A stretch of 64,000 bases of DNA from the IMG/VR virus record IMGVR_UViG_3300047462_000154, positions 32,001-96,000 of that record; one strand, written 5' to 3'. A program made the position numbers and the translations under genes. Source of the stretch: a virus. The number at the start of each line of letters is the position of its first letter. Position 1 is the first letter of the stretch. Positions 26,885-33,856 of this stretch are shown piece after piece. Below the pieces are notes generated by a model that was given only the letters and a program-made list of their open reading frames with translations, was not told the DNA's origin and made no database searches.

Positions 26885-27994
26885 TTGTTTTGCTTTAATT
26901 TGGATAATGAATTACGTCATACTTTTTTTGAAGGTGGTAGAGATATTCCCATGTCAGAAGAAGAACGTATTGCGATGCTTCGTGAAGGAATTCTCGGTGT
27001 TAAACCAAGCAATAATGGAATTTGGAAACATATTAATTCTAAAAAATTAGCATCAGAAATAAATCGCATGCATCGTAATGGTTCTTGGAAAACAAATGAT
27101 TTATGGAATTTTCAAGATTATGTAAAAGGCAGCGGAGGAATTAGCAGAGATTCTTCGATTGGTACAATTGGCGGCGGAAATCATTTCCAAGAACTGCAAT
27201 ATGTAGAAGAATGTATTGATAGAAAAACTTGTTATGATTGGGGAATTAAAAAAGGTTATGTGGCGATAATGGCACATACTGGTTCTGTTGATTTTGGAAG
27301 CAGTGTTGGTGGCTATTTTATGGATTTAGCCAAAGAAATATTTCCAAAAATTGAACATCCAGAACATGGTTTTTATCCTTTGCCTACTGTTGGAAAATTA
27401 AAAGATAATGGTATGAAATATTTGTCTGCAATGGGTTTGGCGGCGAATTTTTCAATTGTTAATCGTTTAATGCTTACAGAATTAACATTGCGTTGTTTAT
27501 CAAAAGTTTCTGGTAAAGAAATTACTGGTCATTTGGTATATGATGCGCCACACAATCTTGTTTGGAGTGATGCTGATTGTTGCACACATATACATCGAAA
27601 AGGCGCTACACCAGCAGAAAAATTTGATTGTGATGATGGATTTCCAAATGGTCATCCAGTAATCATTCCTGGTTCTATGGGCGATGCGAGTTATGTTTTA
27701 AAGGGCAATGGCTCACTTGCAAGTCTTTGCAGCGCACCGCATGGCGCAGGCAGAATAACGGCACGTGGAGAGGGCAGGAGAGGCGATATTAAAGAATTGG
27801 ATACTGTTAGGGTAATTACAAAAATGGACCCTAAAAAGGTTCGCAAAGACATTCGTGACGAATTGATTAAAAACTTAATGGAAGAAGCACCAAGCAATTA
27901 TAAAGATGTTATGCCAGCCATTGAAACGGTAAAAAATGCTGGTATTGCAGAACCAGTTGCGAAATTAATGCCATTGCTTACGGTGAAAGGATAA
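26885..27994 (+). CDS. rtcB: RtcB-family RNA ligase, N-terminally truncated
   Basis: GTIGGGNHFQE, AHTGS, APHN, HRKGAT, IPGSMG, SAPHGAGR and EEAPxxYK present. N-terminal D..H/DIGCG block absent; in-frame TGA at 26882. Confidence 0.85.
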   Translation: MFCFNLDNELRHTFFEGGRDIPMSEEERIAMLREGILGVKPSNNGIWKHINSKKLASEINRMHRNGSWKTNDLWNFQDYVKGSGGISRDSSIGTIGGGNHFQELQYVEECIDRKTCYDWGIKKGYVAIMAHTGSVDFGSSVGGYFMDLAKEIFPKIEHPEHGFYPLPTVGKLKDNGMKYLSAMGLAANFSIVNRLMLTELTLRCLSKVSGKEITGHLVYDAPHNLVWSDADCCTHIHRKGATPAEKFDCDDGFPNGHPVIIPGSMGDASYVLKGNGSLASLCSAPHGAGRITARGEGRRGDIKELDTVRVITKMDPKKVRKDIRDELIKNLMEEAPSNYKDVMPAIETVKNAGIAEPVAKLMPLLTVKG

Positions 27995-28058
27995 AAAAAT
28001 CTTGATTAAAATATTTTTATAATATAAATAGATTTCTCATTTCTTTGGAGTAAAAATT

Positions 28059-28232
28059 ATGAAAATCAAAACCATTAAGTTCGAAAACAATGTTGTTGCA
28101 ATTGAAACCGACGATAATAAATTTTCATTTTGCACTGAAAATCATTTGATGCTATTAAAAAGTGGTAGATATGTTAAAGCAAAATTTTTGAAAGAAAATG
28201 ATTTGCTTAACGATGAATTAGAAAACGTTTAA
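28059..28232 (+). CDS. 57-aa stand-alone partial Hint/intein-fold protein, not in ORF track
   Basis: MKIKTIKFENNVVAIETDDNKFSFCTENHLMLLKSGRYVKAKFLKENDLLNDELENV; block-B TxxH plus G.YV.A..L...D.L. GGAG RBS; TATAAATA at 28023-28030. Confidence 0.75.
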   Translation: MKIKTIKFENNVVAIETDDNKFSFCTENHLMLLKSGRYVKAKFLKENDLLNDELENV

Positions 28233-28247
28233 AATAATCGCGTTAAA

Positions 28248-29102
28248 TCACATAACATAAACTTTACCAATGGAAGCGCCAAGAAGATTTTCAATATCTT
28301 CTTCGGTGTTTTCTCTCATTGATACTAATTCAATATTAGCATCTTCTAAATTTGAACAACGATAATATTGTCCTTTATATCCTTTAAATATTGCAGGACA
28401 TGGATTAAATTTTATTGTTCCAGTAATTAAATATTGCGCAATTAATTCACAATAAAATTCAAAAAATGTTCTTAATTTTTTATCTCTTGCTGATTTGAAT
28501 GTTCCTATTTCTTGAACAAATTTTTTTAATGTTATAGGAATTTCTTCTGCATTTCTAAATAAAAAATAACTTGGTGGCTGATTTACAAAATTATGACCAA
28601 CATCAATTCTATATAATTTCATAATTTCTTTTAAATACATTTTAAAAGTTTTTGTAAATTTTTCAAATTCATAACTACCGTTAATTCCGCCTTTTCTATA
28701 CAATACATGTCCTAGCCTATGACCTAAAATCCAAGCTGTCATTGGCACGCGCTCTGAGCCTTTATTGTTTGTGAAAATAACATTGATTGCCTCTGGACTT
28801 AATAAATCATTAGAAGTTATTTTGCCTTCTTTGACCATTTCTTCATAAAATTTTGGCATATTTTCATAAAGCCAGTTTCTACCAACTTCCCCAACTTCGG
28901 TATGACGATTTGCTTCTGGTGAATTTACAAAATAAAAATTAAATGGAATGGTTGTATTCAACCATTGTTGTTTTATTTTTTCTTGTGCTTTTGGATTAGT
29001 TAATAATTTTCTATCTTGTTCTTTGTAAGAAGAATTTTTATTCCAGTTTCCATGTAGCGCAAAATCTTCGATTGGCGTTTCAAAAAGTTGTTTAATCAGC
29101 AT
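28248..29102 (-). CDS. Zincin-like protein with degenerate HRxxH motif and MLIKQLFE leader
   Basis: WILGHRLGHVL plus downstream EFYCELIAQYL helix. Confidence 0.55.
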   Translation of the reverse strand: MLIKQLFETPIEDFALHGNWNKNSSYKEQDRKLLTNPKAQEKIKQQWLNTTIPFNFYFVNSPEANRHTEVGEVGRNWLYENMPKFYEEMVKEGKITSNDLLSPEAINVIFTNNKGSERVPMTAWILGHRLGHVLYRKGGINGSYEFEKFTKTFKMYLKEIMKLYRIDVGHNFVNQPPSYFLFRNAEEIPITLKKFVQEIGTFKSARDKKLRTFFEFYCELIAQYLITGTIKFNPCPAIFKGYKGQYYRCSNLEDANIELVSMRENTEEDIENLLGASIGKVYVM

Positions 29103-29116
29103 TATAGAATCCTTGT

Positions 29117-29130
29117 GATAAATATTTATC
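29117..29130. promoter_or_regulatory. Palindromic bidirectional late promoter GATAAATATTTATC
   Basis: Perfect 14-bp palindrome giving ATAAATA on both strands, in a 30-bp gap between divergent genes. Confidence 0.65.
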
Positions 29131-29132
29131 TA

Positions 29133-30347
29133 ATGAACCTACAAGATATATTTTTAACTGAACAAAAAGTTTTGCCAAAGGTTTTTTACCATGGCACGCC
29201 TAACAAATTTGAGCATTTTGATTTAGATTTTATTGGTGCTAAAGAAGCAAAAGACCAAGATGGTCCTGGTTTTTATTTTACTGACAATATAGACACAGCA
29301 AGAGGATATGCTGGAAAAACTGGTGTTATTTTAAAATGTGAATTATTTCCAAGAAAAATTGTAAAATCTACTGGAAAAATAAATTTTAATATGGTAAATT
29401 TTATGATTAAAAATGCACCAGATTATCAATCCACATTAGAAAATTTCGATGAAAACCCAATCAAAGCTTTTAATGATGCAATTAGATTAATTGTAACACC
29501 AAATAATCCAAAACAAACGTTTGAACAAATTTGGTATGATTTTTATCGATATGAAGCAAAACAATGGGCAATAAACATGAGCAAATTTACTTATGATGCT
29601 GTTCTTGTAAACACACAAAATGGCGACACCCATATTATTATGTTAAATCCAGATAAGATAAAAATAATAGAACGTATTGCACCATTAAATGAAATAGAAC
29701 TTGGTGGTGGCGTATCATCAATTGATTTGGAAGATAAAAGAAATCTTGATTATAAAAATAAACAACAAGATTTGTTTCCAGAAATACCAACGATAGAACC
29801 AAACGTTCCAAGAGGTTATCAATATGTTGGTAACATGGGCGAATACGGAATTGTTAAGAAAAAAGACACTTATGACCATTATAATTATTATGGTAAAATT
29901 GAATCCACACATAATAGTTTTCAATATGTTTTCACGCATTTTGGTAAACCAATTGGTTATGTTTATGTTGTTGAAAATCCACCTATAGCTTCGCATTTGG
30001 AATTATCTGGAAAAGGATTATTGATCAAGCAAGTTTATATTGAAGAAGATGAACGTGGCAAAAATTTAGATTTAAAATTTTATTATTGGCTTTTGACACA
30101 TGTTTGTGATTATATTTTACCCGACACTACTCATACAGAAGAGGGTGCAAGATTATGGAGAAAATTGAATCAATCGAGATTGTTTGATATGTATGTGTAT
30201 GACCCAAGAACTGGAACGTCTCGTAAAAGATGGGCGGGAAAAGATTGGAATCAAATATATAATAACGATGATTTACAACCATTTCTTACATTAAAAGGTA
30301 GATATGTTGATTCAGATGAATATGAAAGCGAATTTGATGACAATTAA
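29133..30347 (+). CDS. Two-domain effector: ADP-ribosyltransferase fold (ART-PolyVal-like) plus GNAT-like domain, with MNLQDIFLTE leader (start reassigned from 29088)
   Basis: FYHGT, GPGFYFTD..ARGYA, YDAVL; linker APLNE; then IKQVYIEEDERGKNL..FY and T.EGARLWRKL. Confidence 0.65.
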   Translation: MNLQDIFLTEQKVLPKVFYHGTPNKFEHFDLDFIGAKEAKDQDGPGFYFTDNIDTARGYAGKTGVILKCELFPRKIVKSTGKINFNMVNFMIKNAPDYQSTLENFDENPIKAFNDAIRLIVTPNNPKQTFEQIWYDFYRYEAKQWAINMSKFTYDAVLVNTQNGDTHIIMLNPDKIKIIERIAPLNEIELGGGVSSIDLEDKRNLDYKNKQQDLFPEIPTIEPNVPRGYQYVGNMGEYGIVKKKDTYDHYNYYGKIESTHNSFQYVFTHFGKPIGYVYVVENPPIASHLELSGKGLLIKQVYIEEDERGKNLDLKFYYWLLTHVCDYILPDTTHTEEGARLWRKLNQSRLFDMYVYDPRTGTSRKRWAGKDWNQIYNNDDLQPFLTLKGRYVDSDEYESEFDDN

Positions 30348-30804
30348 AGATGTAACTATTCAATTATTTCAAAGATATAAATCAATTATTGAAAAATATC
30401 CTGAAGAAGATGGCGACGAAACATCGTTAAATCATTTAAAGTGGATGTGTGACCATGTTTTAAATTCTGACATGCCAATTGATAAAATGTCTCGTTGGTT
30501 AGGGTTTGTTCAAGGGTTATTGACGGCTAAAAAAATAATTTCTGTAGAAGAAGAAAGAAATTTTTCAAGACCATTATTTCATCAAGCTTATGAAAATGAA
30601 GATATAAATAATCCTGGTAAACACGAAAGAAAAGTTTTTAGGACAGAGGACGTATCAGAAGAAACCATTAAGGTAATTATGAATTCAAAAATGGATGAAA
30701 AACATAATTATTTAAATGATGAACTTTTATTTGATTGGAATCCAGAAGAAGTTTTTGAGATTAATAGAAAAACAATTTATTTAAACAAAGAAATAGGAGA
30801 TTAA
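30304..30804 (+). CDS. Hypothetical protein (likely start 30337)
   Basis: HLKWMC...KMSRWLGFVQG motif. Confidence 0.65.
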   Translation: MLIQMNMKANLMTIKDVTIQLFQRYKSIIEKYPEEDGDETSLNHLKWMCDHVLNSDMPIDKMSRWLGFVQGLLTAKKIISVEEERNFSRPLFHQAYENEDINNPGKHERKVFRTEDVSEETIKVIMNSKMDEKHNYLNDELLFDWNPEEVFEINRKTIYLNKEIGD

Positions 30805-30805
30805 T

Positions 30806-31081
30806 ATGAATCAATTTATTTTATGGGGGAAACCAGATTGCAAGTTTTGCAGTCTTGCAAAATTTTTAATTAAAAACAAAGGCGATATTATCAATCAAGA
30901 ATATTCTGTGACAGAAGGCGATGTTTCTGAAGGCGTAATTAAATCAACAAAACAAGAACTTTTAAATAAAAATATGTTTGCTAAATCATATCCTCAAATT
31001 TGGTTATTGAATGAAGATGGTTCTGAAAAATATATTGGTGGGTTTGATGATTTAACTGCATGGTATAATTCAAAAGTTTAA
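30806..31081 (+). CDS. Glutaredoxin
   Basis: CKFC, SYPQI and YIGGFDDL motifs; AGGAG RBS. Confidence 0.9.
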   Translation: MNQFILWGKPDCKFCSLAKFLIKNKGDIINQEYSVTEGDVSEGVIKSTKQELLNKNMFAKSYPQIWLLNEDGSEKYIGGFDDLTAWYNSKV

Positions 31082-31083
31082 AA

Positions 31084-31275
31084 ATGACTATTTACAGCGC
31101 CAAAGATATTTTGAAACTTGGTGATTTTACCAACAACGTAGATGATGTAGAAAAATTATTTGCTAAAGCTTTAACATATGCTCACGATAAATATGACCCA
31201 TGTGATGTTGTTATTTCTTACAATCATTTGATTGTAGAATATTTGGCATCACATGGATTTATAATTAAAAAATAG
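31084..31275 (+). CDS. Hypothetical protein
   Basis: 63-aa coupled ORF. Confidence 0.5.
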   Translation: MTIYSAKDILKLGDFTNNVDDVEKLFAKALTYAHDKYDPCDVVISYNHLIVEYLASHGFIIKK

Positions 31276-31293
31276 TTTTATAAAACTATTTTT
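31268..31293. terminator. 26-bp perfect AT-rich palindrome (hairpin/terminator candidate)
   Basis: AAAAATAGTTTTA|TAAAACTATTTTT spans the stop of 31084-31275. Confidence 0.45.
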
Positions 31294-31448
31294 ATAATTA
31301 AATTGATATTATGATTTATATTTTGCTACAAATTAATGAAGAAATTGAAATTAATGGGAATAAAATAAAGAAGATTTTTTCTTCGCCACGTTTAAGAAAA
31401 ACACTTAATGAAAATATTCAATATGAAATGGCGGCATAAATATATTTT

Positions 31449-32249
31449 ATGAATGGTAAAAAATTAGACCAATTTTATACGAAAAAAGATATTGCATTTG
31501 AATGTTTCAATACAACGGTATCAACAATAACTCAAAATAATATAATTTTTGACTTATGGTTGGAACCTTCTGCTGGAACAGGAGCATTTTTTAAATTATT
31601 ACCAAATAATAAAATAGGTATTGATTTAAAACCAAAATCAGAAAATATTATACAGTCTGATTTTTTAAAATTTGATATGTTGCCATATATTTTAGAAGAT
31701 AAAAAATTTGTTACTATCGGAAATCCGCCATTTGGAAAAAATTCATCACTTGCAATAAAATTCTTTAACAAATGTGCGGAAAATTCTGTTTTAATTGCTT
31801 TTATATTACCAAAAACATTTAAAAAAATAAGCATATTAAACAAATTAAATAAAAGTTTTCATTTAATATATGAAATAGATTTACCAAAATATTCTTTTGA
31901 GTTTGAAAACAATGAATATGATGTTCCGTGTGTATTTCAAATTTGGAAAAAAGACGAGGCAAAAAGAAAAAAAATTATTTTTACAACAACACATGATGAT
32001 TTTTCTTTTGTTAAAAAAAATGAAGGAGACTTTGCAATACAAAGAGTTGGTGTTAATGCAGGCACAGTAAAAAAATCATTTTTAAATTGTGCCATTCCAT
32101 CACATTATTTTATTCGAGCAGAAGCTAATGTAATGGATATTTTTTTAAAAATAAACTGGGATTCTGTTAAATATAACACAGCAGGAAATCCAAGCATATC
32201 TAAACATGAATTGATTTATCTCTATAACAAAGAAAAGGAAAAATTATGA
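31449..32249 (+). CDS. N6-adenine DNA methyltransferase-like
   Basis: DQFYT, LEPSAGTG (motif I) and GNPPF (motif IV). Confidence 0.85.
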   Translation: MNGKKLDQFYTKKDIAFECFNTTVSTITQNNIIFDLWLEPSAGTGAFFKLLPNNKIGIDLKPKSENIIQSDFLKFDMLPYILEDKKFVTIGNPPFGKNSSLAIKFFNKCAENSVLIAFILPKTFKKISILNKLNKSFHLIYEIDLPKYSFEFENNEYDVPCVFQIWKKDEAKRKKIIFTTTHDDFSFVKKNEGDFAIQRVGVNAGTVKKSFLNCAIPSHYFIRAEANVMDIFLKINWDSVKYNTAGNPSISKHELIYLYNKEKEKL

Positions 32250-32815
32250 TTTTATTATCGATATTATATGTATTATTTGGTGGAATTATTTGGCGTTTTC
32301 GTGGGGGTGCATTAGCAACAATACTTAATTCTAAATTAGGTGGAACAACAGTTGATAGAATTGTTACTTCTTTGGTTTTTCCTTTGCCATTAATATTTGT
32401 TTCAAATCCAGGAATTTATTCAATTTTGGTTCTTGGAATATTTTTTGGATTAACAATTTCAGGATGGGGACCATTTCAAGGTTTTGGATTACCATCACCA
32501 TATGCACCAGAAAAGTCTTGGTTGGCATGGTTGCCAATTAAATTAGGTTTTTCCGTTGATACTTTACAATATTGTCTTGTTGGAATGATTGAAAATGGTT
32601 TAATTTTTGTTTTACCAAGTTTAATTATGCTATTGGTATTTGGTTTTGGAATTCATATGTTATTATTGCTTTTAATGATGGTATTTTTTCCAACAGCTTA
32701 TGCAATTCCAAGATTTTTGTCTTTACCATCGATTCCTAAATTTGCATCTGGACAAGAATGGGGAGAAATATTTGTTGGTATATTTTTGGCGTTTGTTTTA
32801 CTATTAATTTATTAA
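32246..32815 (+). CDS. Integral membrane protein
   Basis: Several hydrophobic segments; WRFRGG motif. Confidence 0.7.
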   Translation: MILLSILYVLFGGIIWRFRGGALATILNSKLGGTTVDRIVTSLVFPLPLIFVSNPGIYSILVLGIFFGLTISGWGPFQGFGLPSPYAPEKSWLAWLPIKLGFSVDTLQYCLVGMIENGLIFVLPSLIMLLVFGFGIHMLLLLLMMVFFPTAYAIPRFLSLPSIPKFASGQEWGEIFVGIFLAFVLLLIY

Positions 32816-33342
32816 AAAATAAACCAGCCAGAATCACCATATATTAAATTAATACTTCCGTAATTCACATTAATTGAATATTGTGAAGCGCCATCTATTG
32901 TATCAGACCCATTTGGAATAATTACGATTGGCTGATTAAATGCTTGTCCAGATTCATCTTTAATTGTAAATGTTTTATCTGGCGTTCCTGCTGGCAAATA
33001 TATTGTTGTGCCTTGTAATGATGCACCAAGATAAGATTCAGAATTATTTGCTGTAAATGATGTAGTGGTTATTTTTGTTCTTGCTAATGTGCTTGAACCA
33101 TTTCCAGAATTACCAGAACCACCACCAGAACCTACGGTAACTTCCCATCCATTTGCAGTAGAAAATTGCAATATTGATGGACTATTTCCAAGCAAAATAA
33201 ATAAATCGCCCTGATTCCCAACGAGATTAGAAACGTTTGGACTTATATATCCTTGATATATCGTTAATCCACCAGAACCACCAATTTGAAAACTTTGGTT
33301 GGTTGTTCCAGCTAAAGCCGAATAATTATTAAATACCGTCAT
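32812..33342 (-). CDS. Small tail/fibre protein
   Basis: C-terminal IKDESG..TIDG..NVNY..LIY domain shared with the end of 33857-36796. Confidence 0.7.
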   Translation of the reverse strand: MTVFNNYSALAGTTNQSFQIGGSGGLTIYQGYISPNVSNLVGNQGDLFILLGNSPSILQFSTANGWEVTVGSGGGSGNSGNGSSTLARTKITTTSFTANNSESYLGASLQGTTIYLPAGTPDKTFTIKDESGQAFNQPIVIIPNGSDTIDGASQYSINVNYGSINLIYGDSGWFIF

Positions 33343-33403
33343 TATTGCTTCCAGTTATCCCTTATTTATTTATTTTTATATAAATATTTAAAAAGAGTAA
33401 ATT

Positions 33404-33805
33404 ATGCACGACAACATATATCAAAATTTGCAATCTATAGCAGTTGCTATAAAAATATTTTGTTTGTAAATTAAAATGTCAATTATTTCTTATTTTGAAT
33501 CTGTTGGTGTGGGTTTAGATATTTTTTTATGTTCAATAATAACATGACAAAAAGATACAACATTATCTTTAGCAGCAGCAAATGCGGCAAAGAAAAAAAT
33601 ATTTATTGCTTGTATTTTTTGTAAATTACTTTCTTTTCTTATTCAAAAAAATCATTGCGAAAACCAATTAAATGGAATGCCTATGCAAATCAATAATTAT
33701 ATTAGAGCATTTTTTTGTTTGACATTATTAGCTTTGTTTTTGCAATTTATAATTTTTTTATTCATTAATAATAATAAGCTGTTTATAAAAATTAAAGCAA
33801 TATAA
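33404..33805 (+). pseudogene. Decayed membrane-protein gene
   Basis: One frame with internal TAA/TGA (..GLDIFLCSIIT*QKDTTLSLAAANA..ACIFCKLL), then a frameshift to QKNHCE..hydrophobic tail. TATAAATA at 33379-33386. Confidence 0.5.
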
Positions 33806-33856
33806 ATTTTTATTTTATTTTTAATAAATAAAAATAAAAGAAAAAAGGTTTAATCC

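Noticed and set aside
26796-27050. 84-aa ORF (MIFDFH..) as the frameshifted RtcB N-terminus
   Set aside because: Beyond a chance DFH it lacks G.P.G and DIxCG and is far too short before the overlap.
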